From contig CAVRAY010000001.1 in assembly GCA_963719225.1 (NCBI GenBank), forward strand, positions 2,624,001 to 2,688,000: DNA of 64,000 bases, written 5' to 3'. Both the position numbers and the translations under genes were made by a program. Positions within the stretch are counted from its first letter, which is position 1. Every line of letters starts with the position of its first letter. Shown in pieces: positions 32,542-43,364 of this stretch. Under the pieces are notes generated by a model, which ran no database searches, had not been told where the DNA came from, and saw only the letters and a program-made list of their open reading frames with translations. Origin of the DNA: Thermoanaerobaculia bacterium. GTDB taxonomy: Bacteria > Acidobacteriota > Thermoanaerobaculia > UBA5066.

Positions 32542-33440
32542 CAGCTCTGGGGCTTGGAGTCGGGATCGGGCGCGGGCGTGCCCGGCCCCTCGACGTTGAC
32601 CGCGGTGCTTTCGCCCGAGGTGACCACCTGCCGCCGGATCGCCTCGTTTCCGGCGTGGCCCCCTTCCTTGCGCGCCGCGTCTCCCGCGACCTCGACGAGG
32701 ATGGCCGTGATGTTGTCGACACCCCCGCGGTCGTTCGCCACGTCGATCAGCTGTCGCACGGTTTTCTCGAGATCGTCTTCGGACTTGAAGCGCGCGAAAA
32801 GGTCCTCGTCGGGAACCATGCCCGTGAGGCCGTCGGAACACAGGAGGAACCGGTCGCCCGAGCGCACGGGAACCTCGATGAGGTCGACGGAGACGTGGGC
32901 GGCGCCGCCGAGCGCGCGCGTCACGACGTTCTTGAGCGGATGGCTCTTGGCTTCGTCCTCGCTCAGGATGCCCGCGTTCACCTGCTCCTGAACCCACGAG
33001 TGGTCGTCCGTGAGGCGCCGAAGCTCCCCGTCCCGAAAGAGGTAGGCGCGGCTGTCGCCCACGTGCACGAGCGTCGCGCGGTCCGCGTCGAAGAGAGCCG
33101 CGACCACCGTCGTGCCCATGCCCTTGAGCTCGGGCCTGTTCTGCACGGCCCGCATGACTTTCTCGTTCGCCTTCTCGACCGCGGTCGTGAGACGGTTCCC
33201 CTCGAGCGAGACGCGGCTGTTGAACCCGAAGGGCCACGAGCTTTCGTGCTCCTCTTCCGTGGCGGCGATGTATTCCTGAATCGACTCGACGGTGATCCGC
33301 GAGGCGACCTCGCCCGCGGCGTGGCCGCCCATGCCGTCGGCGACGACGAAAAGGCCGCGCTCGGAGTCGAGGAGATAGGCGTCCTCGTTGTGACGTCTCT
33401 TTCGGCCGACGTCGGTGAGTCCGAATGCGGAGACGCTCAC
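32541..33440 (-). CDS. Stp1/PrpC-family Ser/Thr protein phosphatase
   Basis: RRHNED, VADGMGGH, HVGDSR, LCSDGL, GGVDNIT. Confidence 0.93.
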   Translation of the reverse strand: MSVSAFGLTDVGRKRRHNEDAYLLDSERGLFVVADGMGGHAAGEVASRITVESIQEYIAATEEEHESSWPFGFNSRVSLEGNRLTTAVEKANEKVMRAVQNRPELKGMGTTVVAALFDADRATLVHVGDSRAYLFRDGELRRLTDDHSWVQEQVNAGILSEDEAKSHPLKNVVTRALGGAAHVSVDLIEVPVRSGDRFLLCSDGLTGMVPDEDLFARFKSEDDLEKTVRQLIDVANDRGGVDNITAILVEVAGDAARKEGGHAGNEAIRRQVVTSGESTAVNVEGPGTPAPDPDSKPQS

Positions 33441-33447
33441 GCCTCGA

Positions 33448-34104
33448 TCATCCCTTCCGTCCGAAGACGCCGCTCGGGGTCTTGCGCTCGCCGCTGAGCC
33501 CCTTCTTCGGACGCACTTCCTGAAGCAGCTTCAAGGTCTCGGCGTCTTCGGGAAGCCACGTGAGAGCCTGTTCCAGATGACGCTCGGCCTTCGAGTTCAG
33601 GCCGGCCTGCATGTACAGCTTTCCGGCGTCGCGGTGAAACAGCGCGTTGTTGCCGTCGAGCCGGATCGCGGCCTCGATGGCGTCGACGCCCCGGCGGACC
33701 TGGCCCATCACCTTCATGCAGGCGAGCGCGAGGTAGTGCTGTGCCTTGGCGTCCTTGTCGTAGTGGTTCACGGACAGGTCGAACTGCGCGATGGCCTCGG
33801 GATAGTTTCCCTCCCGGTAGGCCTTGACGCCTTTCGCCAGATAGACGCGCGCCTGCGCCGCCGGGTCCTGGGAGATGGGCCGGTTCTTCTCGAGCTCGAG
33901 GTCGTGCGCCTTGCGCCGCACAGGACTCGTGAGGACGTTCATGGCCTCGGTCAGGATCTGAAAACGCTCTTCAGCCTGTTTCTTGGGGGCGGCGTCCTGA
34001 AACCGGTCGGGGTGGTACTCGCGGGCGAGCCGGCGGAACTTCTCCCGGACTTCCGAATCGGAAGCGTCTCGAGGAACCCCGAGCACGTCGTAATAATTCG
34101 TCAA
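33448..34104 (-). CDS. DnaJ-domain + TPR protein
   Basis: YYDVLGV...YHPD followed by TPR-like helices. Confidence 0.88.
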   Translation of the reverse strand: MTNYYDVLGVPRDASDSEVREKFRRLAREYHPDRFQDAAPKKQAEERFQILTEAMNVLTSPVRRKAHDLELEKNRPISQDPAAQARVYLAKGVKAYREGNYPEAIAQFDLSVNHYDKDAKAQHYLALACMKVMGQVRRGVDAIEAAIRLDGNNALFHRDAGKLYMQAGLNSKAERHLEQALTWLPEDAETLKLLQEVRPKKGLSGERKTPSGVFGRKG

Positions 34105-34203
34105 CTCGACCTCGCAGGGCCCTCTGCCCGCCCTACCCGGGTTGTCGGCACGGATCAGATTCTCACACCCGGGGCCCGAAATTCCAACAGCGGGTGAGAG
34201 GGC

Positions 34204-35226
34204 TCACGTCTCCTTGCGGGCGACCTCGCGCCGTGCCGTGGAACGGACCGCATCGGGCACGTTCCGGTCGGTGGAGAGAGTCTTCTGATCCTTGGCGCTG
34301 AGGCGCATGACGAGCGAGATGGTGACGTCGATCGGGGAGCGCGGGTTCCTCACGATGGCCCGCATGGTGCCGTAGTGGCGCATCCAGTCCCGCCTGAACG
34401 CGATCGACCGGAGGACCTCCTCCGAGACACTCTTCATGTTCGCGATAGTCTCGGCGTCTGCGTCGCGCGTCTTCGGCGACTTCAGGACAGCGGACGAGAC
34501 GAGCCGATTGCGATCCTGCACGAGGAACATCCGCTCTTCCTTGTTGCCGCGGTACGCCAGCCGGATCCTGTCGACGACCGACATCGTCGCGACCCGGGCG
34601 AAGAGACTCTTCTTCTGGTCCTCGGTGAGCCCCGCGTCGTCCACGGGCACGTCCGGGGCCACGGCGGCCGGCACGTCCTCGACTGCCTCGTCCAGGTCGC
34701 GCCCTTCGTCCCTCTCGCGCTCTTTCTTGAGGAAGAACTCTTCGAGGAACTCGTCGGCCCTCCGCCGGATCTCGGGCGAGAGCCTCGGGTTCTCGAAGAG
34801 CCGCTCGACGATCACCGGGGAGGCGATGAGCCGCGTCTGGTTCGTGACGAGGATGTCCTGGAGCGGGGCATCCACGCGTTCGGCGAGCCACGCGAGCGTC
34901 TCGTCCGGGACGGCGCGATGTCGGATGAGAGGCTCGAGGACGAATGCGTCGTGCGTTCGGCGCGCCACGACCGCGAGCTGCTCGGGCCTCACACCGTCGC
35001 TCATCACGGCGCCCTTCAGACTGGCCGTGTCGAACGCCTTGAAGGACTCCTCGGCGACGGGCGCCAGCTGCTCGTCCCCGGAGGCCAGGATGCTCGCGAT
35101 GGCGCGGACGAGTTCCTCGGGCGGCAGCGGGATCATTCCCCGGGCGGCGAAATCGAGGATCTGGCGCGAGGCTTCTCCTCGCTCGATCTGGGTGAGGAGA
35201 TCGCCTTCCGGCGCGACGTCGGTCAC
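34204..35226 (-). CDS. Hypothetical helical-repeat protein
   Basis: GC3-biased ORF with LFENPRL, VLKSPK and IVRNPRSP repeats. Confidence 0.75.
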   Translation of the reverse strand: MTDVAPEGDLLTQIERGEASRQILDFAARGMIPLPPEELVRAIASILASGDEQLAPVAEESFKAFDTASLKGAVMSDGVRPEQLAVVARRTHDAFVLEPLIRHRAVPDETLAWLAERVDAPLQDILVTNQTRLIASPVIVERLFENPRLSPEIRRRADEFLEEFFLKKERERDEGRDLDEAVEDVPAAVAPDVPVDDAGLTEDQKKSLFARVATMSVVDRIRLAYRGNKEERMFLVQDRNRLVSSAVLKSPKTRDADAETIANMKSVSEEVLRSIAFRRDWMRHYGTMRAIVRNPRSPIDVTISLVMRLSAKDQKTLSTDRNVPDAVRSTARREVARKET

Positions 35227-35265
35227 GGCGAGCCAGCTTAACCGAGAGGCAGCTAACCTTCCCGG

Positions 35266-36090
35266 TCAGCCGTTTCGGGCTGCATCGATGACGTAGTTCT
35301 TCACGGTCTCGTGCTCTCCGCCCAGGACGCCGAGCGGCCGGCCGTCCACGATGACGTCCACCGCCCCCGCGTTCCCGAGGGTGAGCGTGAACGTGGCGCC
35401 GTTCGCGAACTCGCGTTTTGATCCCTTCGGGAAGAGCCCGCGCACCACGAGCCGTCCGTCCACGAGGACTTCGGCCCAGCAGTCGTCACGGAAGCTCAGG
35501 GTGAGCGTTCGTCCCCGCGAGCCGGCTGGGGATGCGGCGCCGGGCAGCGCGGTCCCCGCGGGCAGCGCGACCGTGGCTGCCGCGACCGCGGGGGGAAGCG
35601 CGAGCGACGCCGGCCCGCTCTCCGCCCGCGCCGCCGGAACTGCCGAGGCCTCCGGTCCGCGGCGATCGGTGCTGCGGGAACGCATGAATGCCGCCGCGCC
35701 GGTGACCACCGCGAGCGCAAGCGCGATCGCGATGCCGCGCAACGTCGTCGAGGACGACACCGAACGCCGGGGCTGCGACAGGCGGAGGCCGGCCGTGCTG
35801 GTCGTCGCCTGGTGCTGCCGCCGCAGGCACTCGGCCTCCCAGCCCGCGTGAACGTGCCGGAACGCCGTGACGGAGCGTTCGGCATCGAGGCCGAGATGAA
35901 GAGCGATGACGCGAACGAAGCCCTTGGAAAAAACGCCGGCGGGAAGCTGTTCGTAACGGCCGGATTCGAGCGCGGCGATATGCCTCATCGAAACTTTCGT
36001 CGCGGCCGACAGCTGTTCCCGGCTCACATCGCGTAATTCGCGTTCGCGGCGAAGTTCTTCGCCGAATTCCTGGGCAGTTTCGGCAGTCAC
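35266..36090 (-). CDS. rodZ: RodZ-like protein (HTH-TM-DUF4115)
   Basis: FGEELRRERE...IAALESG..LP...GFVR, TM segment, CWAEVLVDG...LGNAGAV. Confidence 0.8.
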   Translation of the reverse strand: MTAETAQEFGEELRRERELRDVSREQLSAATKVSMRHIAALESGRYEQLPAGVFSKGFVRVIALHLGLDAERSVTAFRHVHAGWEAECLRRQHQATTSTAGLRLSQPRRSVSSSTTLRGIAIALALAVVTGAAAFMRSRSTDRRGPEASAVPAARAESGPASLALPPAVAAATVALPAGTALPGAASPAGSRGRTLTLSFRDDCWAEVLVDGRLVVRGLFPKGSKREFANGATFTLTLGNAGAVDVIVDGRPLGVLGGEHETVKNYVIDAARNG

Positions 36091-36110
36091 CCGGTTCCCC
36101 GTAAGACGTT

Positions 36111-36139
36111 AGCCTATGGTGACTTACCGCCCCTGTCAA
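36111..36139 (-). promoter_or_regulatory. Sigma70 promoter upstream of rodZ
   Basis: TTGACA (36139-36134), 17-nt spacer, TAGGCT (36116-36111). Confidence 0.65.
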
Positions 36140-36878
36140 CGAAATTCGGGCCGTTTCCGAGGAGTCTACGCGCGCAGGCCGCAAGGAGCGCGTCCGCCGC
36201 GGGGTCTTCCGCGAGTCTCCTCCATTCCTCACGCGACGCCGAGGTCAGGAGCGAAAGTGCCGCGGCCCGCGGTGTGACGCAGTGCGTCAGGAGGGCGACT
36301 CGGATCGGGGGCCGGCTCGCCCAGTGCCTGTCGCGCGCGAGGAGAGCGAGCGCTTCGGGCCGCGGATGCCCGGTCGCGAGCCACCGCTGGAGGTCGTCGG
36401 ACGTGAGCCGCGGATTCGTCAGCGCCGCCTCGAGGACGCGAAGGTCCGGATCGTCCAGGAGGGACGGAAAGAGCGCCGCAGCGGCGAGCCGCGCGACCGC
36501 GACCTTCTCGCCCAACGCGAGGAATCTCAGGGCATCCTGGAGCTTCCGATTCGCCGAGACGCGAACCGGCGGAGGGGCACGCTGCTCGCGGCCGATGTCG
36601 AGCAGGTCGCGCCAGGTGAGGTCCTCGAGGCACCGGAGCGCCGCGTGTCGGGGTGTTTGCGGGTGCGCGGCGATGAGGCGCCGCACGCTCCGGAACGCGA
36701 GGAGCGTCTTGGAGGAGAGGATCTCCTCGATCATCGCCTCCGAAGCTTGCGGGTGCCGGAGAGCCTGAAGCGCATCGCGCTCCGTGAGGCGGGGAAGGTT
36801 GTCGGCGACGAGCGCGGCGAGGGTCGGGCGGTCCGCGCTCGAGATCCGGGCAGACAAGCCCGTATTGCCTTCGGCCAC
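36114..36878 (-). CDS. Hypothetical helical-repeat protein, last gene of the trp block
   Basis: ALRHP, IAAHPQTP, ALTNPRL repeats resembling the ORF at 34204-35226; starts just after the trpA stop. Confidence 0.65.
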   Translation of the reverse strand: MAEGNTGLSARISSADRPTLAALVADNLPRLTERDALQALRHPQASEAMIEEILSSKTLLAFRSVRRLIAAHPQTPRHAALRCLEDLTWRDLLDIGREQRAPPPVRVSANRKLQDALRFLALGEKVAVARLAAAALFPSLLDDPDLRVLEAALTNPRLTSDDLQRWLATGHPRPEALALLARDRHWASRPPIRVALLTHCVTPRAAALSLLTSASREEWRRLAEDPAADALLAACARRLLGNGPNFVDRGGKSP

Positions 36879-36879
36879 G

Positions 36880-37689
36880 TCAGCCCTTCGTCGTCGCAGC
36901 CGCGAGCGCGCGCACGAGGCCCGCGGCGGCTTCGACGGGATCCCGGCCCTCCTGAAGGGCCTCTTCCATCGAGCCCACGACCGCGCTACCGACGACGACT
37001 CCGTCCGCGAAGGAAGCGACGGCGCGCACCTGCTCCGCCGTGGAGACGCCGAAGCCGACCGCGATCGGAAGGCGTGGCACGTTCTTCCGGACGCGGGCGA
37101 CGAGCGCCTCGAGCCCAACGGGAAGCTCCGTGCGCGCTCCCGTGATGCCCGCGCGCGACACGACGTAGAGGAACCCGCGCGACAGCGATCCCGCCCGGCG
37201 GATACGCCCGTCCGGAGAGGTCGGCGCCACGAGATACACCGGATCGAGCTTCGCGCTCTTCAGGATCGACGCGAATCCGCGGCCCTCCTCGGGCGGAAGG
37301 TCCGTGACGAGAACCCCGTCCGCACCCGCCTCGGCCGCGCGGTGCGCGAATTCGGCCTCGCCCATCGCGAGGATCGGGTTCGCGTAGGTGAAGACCACGA
37401 CGGGTGCTGCGAAGCGGGCGGCGCGCAGCTCCGCGAGCAGCGAGAGAGCCGCCGGCAGCGTCGTCCCCGACGCGAGCGCGCGCTCGCTCGCGCGCTGGAT
37501 GACCGGCCCGTCGGCGAGAGGGTCGCTGAAGGGGATCCCGAGCTCGACGACGTCGGCCCCGGATTCCGCGAGCGCGGGCAGGAGCCGCCGCGTCGTCGCG
37601 AGGTCCGGGTCGCCGGCCTCCACGAACACCACGAGAGCCGCGCGACCCGAAGCCTTCGCTCTTCCGAAGGCGCGCCCGATGGGATTCAC
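36880..37689 (-). CDS. trpA: Tryptophan synthase alpha chain
   Basis: [33 protein letters not shown]. Confidence 0.95.
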   Translation of the reverse strand: MNPIGRAFGRAKASGRAALVVFVEAGDPDLATTRRLLPALAESGADVVELGIPFSDPLADGPVIQRASERALASGTTLPAALSLLAELRAARFAAPVVVFTYANPILAMGEAEFAHRAAEAGADGVLVTDLPPEEGRGFASILKSAKLDPVYLVAPTSPDGRIRRAGSLSRGFLYVVSRAGITGARTELPVGLEALVARVRKNVPRLPIAVGFGVSTAEQVRAVASFADGVVVGSAVVGSMEEALQEGRDPVEAAAGLVRALAAATTKG

Positions 37690-38906
37690 AGCGTGACGCC
37701 CTCGCGCCGCGCCACGGAAGCGACGTCCTTGTCGCCGCGGCCGGAGAGATTCACGAGAAGGACCGTGCCCTTCGGCCGTCGGGGAGCCTCGGCGATGGCC
37801 CAGGCGACCGCGTGCGCCGTCTCGAGAGCGGGAATGATGCCCTCGGTTTCGGCGAGGCGGTGGAAGGCCGCGAGAGCCGCCTCGTCGTCGACGGAGACGT
37901 ATCGCGTCCTTCCGAGCTCGGCGAGGCGCGCGTGCTCGGGTCCGACGGCAGGATAGTCGAGCCCGGCGGAGACGGAGTGCGTCGGGAGGACCTGCCCGTC
38001 CGCGTTCTGCAGGATGAGCGTGCGCGTGCCGTGGAGGACGCCGATCGAGCCCTGGCCGAAGCGCGCCGCGTGCTCGCCGGGCGAGAGGCTTCGGCCTCCG
38101 GCTTCGACCCCGACCATCTCGACCCCGGGGAAGGGAAGGAACTCCCGGAAGAGGCCGATCGCGTTCGAGCCCCCGCCCACGCAGGCCACGAGGAGGTCCG
38201 GCAGCCTTCCGAGAAACCTGCGGCTCTGAGCGAGGGCCTCGCGTCCGATGACCGCGTGAAAGTCGCGGACCATCGTCGGAAACGGATGCGGTCCCAGGAC
38301 CGAGCCGAGGACGTAGTGCGTCGTCGCCGTCGACGCGACCCAGTCGCGCATCGCCTCGTTGATCGCATCCTTCAACGTGCGCGTGCCGCCCATCACGGGC
38401 ACGACCGTCGCGCCGAGGAGCTTCATGCGGTAGACGTTCAACGCCTGGCGCTCCACGTCCACGGCCCCCATGTAGACGACACACGAGAGCCCGAGGAGCG
38501 CGCAGGCCGTGGCCACGGCGACGCCGTGCTGGCCGGCACCGGTCTCCGCGATGACGCGGGACTTCCCCATGCGGACGGTGAGCAGAGTCTGGCCGAGCGC
38601 GTTGTTGATCTTGTGGGCGCCCGTATGGAGGAGATCCTCGCGCTTGAGGAAGATCCGCGCGCCCCCGAGGCTTTCCGAGAGCCGCTTGGCGTACGTGAGC
38701 GGCGTGGGACGTCCGGCGTACGTCTTGAGGAGATCGTCCAGCTCGCGCCGGAATGCAGGATCGCGCCGCGCGTCCCTGTAGGCACGGGAGAGCTCCTCGA
38801 GCGGCGCCATGAGCGTCTCCGGCACGAAGCGCCCACCGAAGGCGCCGAACCGGCCCTGCGCGTCGGCCTCCGGGGGACGGAAAGCGGCTCCTCTCGCTTC
38901 AGGCAC
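37686..38906 (-). CDS. trpB: Tryptophan synthase beta chain
   Basis: [33 protein letters not shown]. Confidence 0.97.
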   Translation of the reverse strand: MPEARGAAFRPPEADAQGRFGAFGGRFVPETLMAPLEELSRAYRDARRDPAFRRELDDLLKTYAGRPTPLTYAKRLSESLGGARIFLKREDLLHTGAHKINNALGQTLLTVRMGKSRVIAETGAGQHGVAVATACALLGLSCVVYMGAVDVERQALNVYRMKLLGATVVPVMGGTRTLKDAINEAMRDWVASTATTHYVLGSVLGPHPFPTMVRDFHAVIGREALAQSRRFLGRLPDLLVACVGGGSNAIGLFREFLPFPGVEMVGVEAGGRSLSPGEHAARFGQGSIGVLHGTRTLILQNADGQVLPTHSVSAGLDYPAVGPEHARLAELGRTRYVSVDDEAALAAFHRLAETEGIIPALETAHAVAWAIAEAPRRPKGTVLLVNLSGRGDKDVASVARREGVTL

Positions 38907-40350
38907 CTCGAACCTCCTTCACGAACGCCGCGATCTTCGCCGGGTCTTTGACTCCCGGCGCCGTCTCGACGCCCGACGAGACGTCCACGACGTCGGGTCT
39001 CACCTTCCTCACCGCGTTCGCCACGTTCCCGGGCTGCAGTCCGCCCGCGAGCACCACGGGTCTCGAGCGATCGATCCCTTCCAGGAGACTCCAGTCGAAG
39101 ACGCAGCCCGTGCCGCCTCCCGCTCCGGCGACGGACGTGTCGAAGTGGAGGGCATCGCCTTCGGCTTTGCTCGCCGAGGAGAGGTCGTCGCGGCCGACGC
39201 GAATGGTGTTCCAGAACGTGATGTCCGAAGAGAAGAATTCCTTAGAAGGTGAAAGAGCGGGGTTGGGCATTTGAACGACGTCCGGGCGGACAAGGTCGAC
39301 GATGCGCTGCACGTCCTCTTCCGTCGCCGTCTCGTCGAAAACCGCCACGACGCCCTTCACGCTGCCTTTCGCTTTCATTCGCAGAAGTCTCCCCTCTTCA
39401 GGCGTCAGTCGCCGCGGCGACCGCGGCGCGAAGACGAGGCCGATCCAGTCCACGCCCTGTTCCAGACAGGCATCCACGTCTTCCCCCCGCGTGATCCCGC
39501 AGATCTTGACCTCCGTCGCGTTCTCGCCGCGCAGCGCGCGCAGCGTCGCGGCGGGGTCCGTAGCCTTGAGAAGCGTCTCACCCACCAGAAAGGCACCATA
39601 GCCCGCGGCGGCGAGCGCCTCGACATCGTGCCGCGACCGGATGCCGCTCTCGGCCACGCGCGCGACCGACGCCGGAAGGAGCGCGCCGAGGCGCGCCATT
39701 CCGGCCAGGTCGACTTCGAAAGTCCTCAAGTCGCGTGAATTCACGCCGACGATCTCGGCGCCCGCGCCGAGCGCCCGCTCGATCTCCCCCTCGTCGTGCG
39801 CTTCCACGAGAACCGCGAGTGCGCGGGACCTCGCGGCCGCATGGAGCCGCCCGAGGGTGGCGTCATCGAGGGCCGCGACGATGAGAAGCACGGCGTCGGC
39901 GCCCAGAGCGGCCGCAAAGTCCAGCTGGATCTCGTCCACCACGAAGTCCTTCATGAGGACGGGCAGGCCCGACGCCGCCTTCGCGCGTGGCAGCCACGAG
40001 GGGTCGCCGCCGAAGAAATCCTGCTCGACGACGACGGACACCGCCGAGCCGCCGCCACGCCGGTAGGCGCGCGCGACGGTTTCGATGCGCGACGCGGCGT
40101 CGGGAAGGATCAACCCCGCGCTCGGCGAGCGGTGCTTGATTTCGGCGAGAAACACAGGAAGAGGAAGAGAAGAGATTTGCTTAGAAGGGGAAGAGAGGGA
40201 ACGCGCGAAGCCGACTCCGTCCGGCGGAGCAGCGGGCTGCGCTGCAGCGGCAGAGGCGCGCACCTGGGCACCCATCTTGGCGGTGAACTCCCCCGCCGCG
40301 ATGCGCCGCCGCTTTGCCGCGAGAATCTCGCTCAGAACCGATTCGCCCAC
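38899..40350 (-). CDS. trpCF: Bifunctional indole-3-glycerol-phosphate synthase / PRA isomerase
   Basis: [26 protein letters not shown], then VKICGIT, GGTG..FDW, LAGGL, DVSSGVE in one frame. Confidence 0.92.
   Translation of the reverse strand: MGESVLSEILAAKRRRIAAGEFTAKMGAQVRASAAAAQPAAPPDGVGFARSLSSPSKQISSLPLPVFLAEIKHRSPSAGLILPDAASRIETVARAYRRGGGSAVSVVVEQDFFGGDPSWLPRAKAASGLPVLMKDFVVDEIQLDFAAALGADAVLLIVAALDDATLGRLHAAARSRALAVLVEAHDEGEIERALGAGAEIVGVNSRDLRTFEVDLAGMARLGALLPASVARVAESGIRSRHDVEALAAAGYGAFLVGETLLKATDPAATLRALRGENATEVKICGITRGEDVDACLEQGVDWIGLVFAPRSPRRLTPEEGRLLRMKAKGSVKGVVAVFDETATEEDVQRIVDLVRPDVVQMPNPALSPSKEFFSSDITFWNTIRVGRDDLSSASKAEGDALHFDTSVAGAGGGTGCVFDWSLLEGIDRSRPVVLAGGLQPGNVANAVRKVRPDVVDVSSGVETAPGVKDPAKIAAFVKEVRGA
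39227..39399. repeat. Intragenic motif in the TrpF domain with a weak inverted partner
   Basis: Minus 39227-39257: TCTTTCACCTTCTAAGGAATTCTTCTCTTC. Plus 39372-39399: CTTTCATTCGCAGAAGTCTCCCCTCTTC. Confidence 0.65.
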
Positions 40351-40390
40351 CCCTCTTACCCCTTCTAAGCAATCTTCAATCTTCTCTCTC
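40157..40390. repeat. Inverted motif pair in trpC and at the trpD/trpC junction
   Basis: Minus 40157-40197: CTCTCTTCCCCTTCTAAGCAAATCTCTTCTCTTCCTCTTCC. Plus 40353-40390: CTCTTACCCCTTCTAAGCAATCTTCAATCTTCTCTCTC. Confidence 0.82.
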
Positions 40391-41419
40391 GTCCCCTCGC
40401 GAGATCCGAATGAGATCTTCGAGAGCCGTCGCCGCTTTCCCGTCCTCGAGCGCGGCCTCGGCCCGCGCCACGCCTTCCCGGAAATCCGAGGCGATGCCCG
40501 CCACGACGAGCGCGGCGGAGGCGTTCATGAGCACGACGCTCCGCGCGTCGCGCCGGAAGCCGCCGAGGACGGCCCGCAGAATCTCCGCGTTCGTCACGGC
40601 GTCTCCGCCACGGAGCGCGTCGGGGCTGCCATCGTCGAGGCCGAAGTCCACCGGGCCGAGCTGCAGAAGCTCGACGTCCCCGCCGCGAACCTCGGCGGCG
40701 AAGGTGCGGCCGAAGGGCAGGAGCTCGTCCCCTCCCGTCTCGTGCGAAAAGACGAGTCCGTGCTCCGTCCCGAGCGCCGCGAGGGCGCCGGCGATCACCG
40801 GGACGCGCTCGGGATGATCGACGCCGACGATCTGACGTGTGACGCCGGCGGGATTCGAAAGAGGCCCGGCGAGGTTGAAGACGGTGCGCAGGCCCAGCTC
40901 GCGCCTGAGCGGACCGACCTTCTTCATCACGGGGTGATAGAGCGGCGCGAAGAAGAACGTGACGTTCGCGCGGGCGAGCGCCTCGGCGGCGAGCACGGGC
41001 GACATCTCGATGTCGACGCCGAGCGCCGCGAGCACGTCGGCCGAACCGCAGGCGGAGGAAACCGCGCGGTTGCCGTGCTTGGCGACCGGCGCGCCGGCTC
41101 CGGCGGCGACGAAAGCGGCGGCCGTCGAGACGTTGAACGTGCCGAGTGAATCGCCTCCGGTGCCGCAGACGTCGATCGCGCGCGCGGCCAGCGCGGCATC
41201 CACCGGAGGCCTCAGCGAGCGCGCCCGGAGGGCGTCCACGGCGCCCGCCACGGCCTCGACCGTCTCGCCCATGGCGGCCAGGGCCGAGAGAAGGCCTCCC
41301 GCGATCGCCGCCGGGATCTCCTCGTCGAGGAGCGCCGAGACGGCGCTCCTCGCGTCCTCGCGCGTCAGGCGCCTTCCACGCGTCACGGAATAAAGCGCGC
41401 GATGGGCCGCCGTCGTCAT
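40376..41419 (-). CDS. trpD: Anthranilate phosphoribosyltransferase
   Basis: DVCGTGGD..TFNVST, KHGNRAVSS.CGSAD, RTVFNLAGPL.NP. Confidence 0.95.
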   Translation of the reverse strand: MTTAAHRALYSVTRGRRLTREDARSAVSALLDEEIPAAIAGGLLSALAAMGETVEAVAGAVDALRARSLRPPVDAALAARAIDVCGTGGDSLGTFNVSTAAAFVAAGAGAPVAKHGNRAVSSACGSADVLAALGVDIEMSPVLAAEALARANVTFFFAPLYHPVMKKVGPLRRELGLRTVFNLAGPLSNPAGVTRQIVGVDHPERVPVIAGALAALGTEHGLVFSHETGGDELLPFGRTFAAEVRGGDVELLQLGPVDFGLDDGSPDALRGGDAVTNAEILRAVLGGFRRDARSVVLMNASAALVVAGIASDFREGVARAEAALEDGKAATALEDLIRISRGDERED

Positions 41420-41985
41420 GCGAGCCGCCCGGCGACGAAATTCTTCAGGAGACGCTCCCCCTGGGGCGTGAGGATCGACTCGGGATGGAACTGCACGCCC
41501 ACGAGCGGGAGTGTCCGGTGCGCCAGTCCCATCACGAGGCCGTCCGCGCTCGTCGCCGTGACGCGCAGCGCGGCGGGTACCGAATCCTTCTCGACGACGA
41601 GGGAGTGATAGCGCGTGGCCGTGAACGGGTTCTCGAGGCCTTCGAAGAGCCCTCTCCCGTCGTGCGCGATCTCGGAGGTCTTTCCGTGCATGAGGACGGG
41701 CGCCCGGGAGACCTTTCCGCCGAAGACGGCGCCCAGAGCCTGATGGCCGAGACACACGCCCAGGAGCGGGATGGTCTCGTTCCGGCGGAAGAGCTCGCAC
41801 GAGATCCCGGCATCCTCGGGGCGGCCCGGCCCCGGTGACACGACGAGCCGGTCGGGCTTCGCGGCGAGAACCTCGTCCACGGACAGGGCGTCGTTCCGCA
41901 CCACGCGGACGTCGTCGTCGAGGGTCGACAGAATCTGGACGAGGTTGTATGTGAAGGAATCGTAGTTGTCGATCACGAGGATCAT
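41416..41985 (-). CDS. trpG: Anthranilate synthase glutamine amidotransferase subunit
   Basis: IDNYDSFTYNL, SPGPG, GVCLGHQ, QFHPES. Confidence 0.95.
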   Translation of the reverse strand: MILVIDNYDSFTYNLVQILSTLDDDVRVVRNDALSVDEVLAAKPDRLVVSPGPGRPEDAGISCELFRRNETIPLLGVCLGHQALGAVFGGKVSRAPVLMHGKTSEIAHDGRGLFEGLENPFTATRYHSLVVEKDSVPAALRVTATSADGLVMGLAHRTLPLVGVQFHPESILTPQGERLLKNFVAGRLA

Positions 41986-43364
41986 CGGTACGTCCCCGCT
42001 CTCTCCACGGCGCGCATGAGAGCGCGCGCCTTGTTCTCGCATTCGGTGGCCTCGGACTCTGGATCCGAGTCCGCGACGATCCCCGCCCCGGCCTGGATGT
42101 GCATCGTGCCGTTCGCCACGACCGCCGTTCGAATCGCGATCGCGACGTCGAGGTTGCCGGCGAAGTCGAGATAGCCCACGGCTCCCCCGTAGGCCCCCCG
42201 TCTCACGGGCTCGAGATCCTCGATGATCTCCATCGCGCGAATTTTCGGCGCCCCGGTCAGCGTGCCCGCCGGAAACGTGGCGGTCAGCGCATCGACGGCG
42301 CCCTTGTCGGGCGCGAGGACGCCCGTCACTCGCGACGCGATGTGCATGACGTGCGAGTAGCGCTCGACGTGGAAGAAGTCCTTGACCCGGATGCTGCCGG
42401 CCTTCGCGACCCGGCCGAGGTCGTTCCGGCCGAGGTCCACGAGCATCACGTGCTCGGCGCGCTCCTTCGGGTCGGCGACGAGCTCCCTCTCGAAGGCGAG
42501 GTCCTCCTCCCGCGTCGCCCCACGCGGCCGGGTCCCGGCGAGCGGAATCGTCTCGGCCGTCGACTCTCCCGCTGAGGCGGCCACGTGGACGAGACGCTCG
42601 GGGGACGCGCCGAAGATCGCGCCGTGAGGCGTTCTGAGGTAGTACTGGTAGGGCGAGGGACTGAGGGAGCGCAGGGCGCGATAGACCGCGAAGGAATCGC
42701 CCGTGAACGGCGCGGACCACCTCCGCGAGAGGACGACCTGGAAGACGTCCCCCGCGCGGATGTGCTCCTTCGCGCGCTCGACGGCGGACAAGAAGGACGG
42801 AAGAGGAAGAGATTCTTCGAATGAGAGAGAGGGGGACGGAGCCGGAGCCGTGGGCACGGGCGTCGCGGTGGCGCGGGCTTGAAGGTCCCGTAGCCTTTCG
42901 AAGGCTCTCTTGTCCTCGCCGGTTCCTTCCCCGGCGTGGGTGACGAAGAGAAGCCGGTGACGCACGTGATCGAACGCGATGACCGCGTCGAAGATCCCGA
43001 ACCAAGCGTCGGGCATCCCGATCGGGTCAGGCTTCGAGTCGGGCAGCCGCTCGAGCCGGCGCACCGCGTCGTAGCCCACGTAGCCGACGGCCCCGCCCGT
43101 GAAGGGAGGCAGGTCCTCGCCTCCCGCCGCCGTCACGTGGCGAGGAAGCGTCCGGAGCGCGTCGAAGGGATCGCTCGCCCGGCCCGAGATCTCGCCCGAC
43201 GGCGACGCGCCCAGGAACGACCAGCGCGCGACACGGTCTCCGCCCTCGACCGATTCGAGGAGGAAGCACGGCCCACCCCCGGAGAGGAGTCCACGCATCA
43301 ACGCGACCGGAGTCGTGAGATCCGCCGGCTGCTCGACGACGACCAGCTGCCCGGGCGCTTTCAC
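41982..43364 (-). CDS. trpE: Anthranilate synthase component I
   Basis: [44 protein letters not shown]. Confidence 0.95.
   Translation of the reverse strand: MKAPGQLVVVEQPADLTTPVALMRGLLSGGGPCFLLESVEGGDRVARWSFLGASPSGEISGRASDPFDALRTLPRHVTAAGGEDLPPFTGGAVGYVGYDAVRRLERLPDSKPDPIGMPDAWFGIFDAVIAFDHVRHRLLFVTHAGEGTGEDKRAFERLRDLQARATATPVPTAPAPSPSLSFEESLPLPSFLSAVERAKEHIRAGDVFQVVLSRRWSAPFTGDSFAVYRALRSLSPSPYQYYLRTPHGAIFGASPERLVHVAASAGESTAETIPLAGTRPRGATREEDLAFERELVADPKERAEHVMLVDLGRNDLGRVAKAGSIRVKDFFHVERYSHVMHIASRVTGVLAPDKGAVDALTATFPAGTLTGAPKIRAMEIIEDLEPVRRGAYGGAVGYLDFAGNLDVAIAIRTAVVANGTMHIQAGAGIVADSDPESEATECENKARALMRAVERAGTYR
42799..42915. repeat. Intragenic motif in the trpE linker with a weak inverted partner
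   Basis: Minus 42799-42831: CTCTCTCTCATTCGAAGAATCTCTTCCTCTTCC. Plus 42893-42915: GCCTTTCGAAGGCTCTCTTGTCC. Confidence 0.55.
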
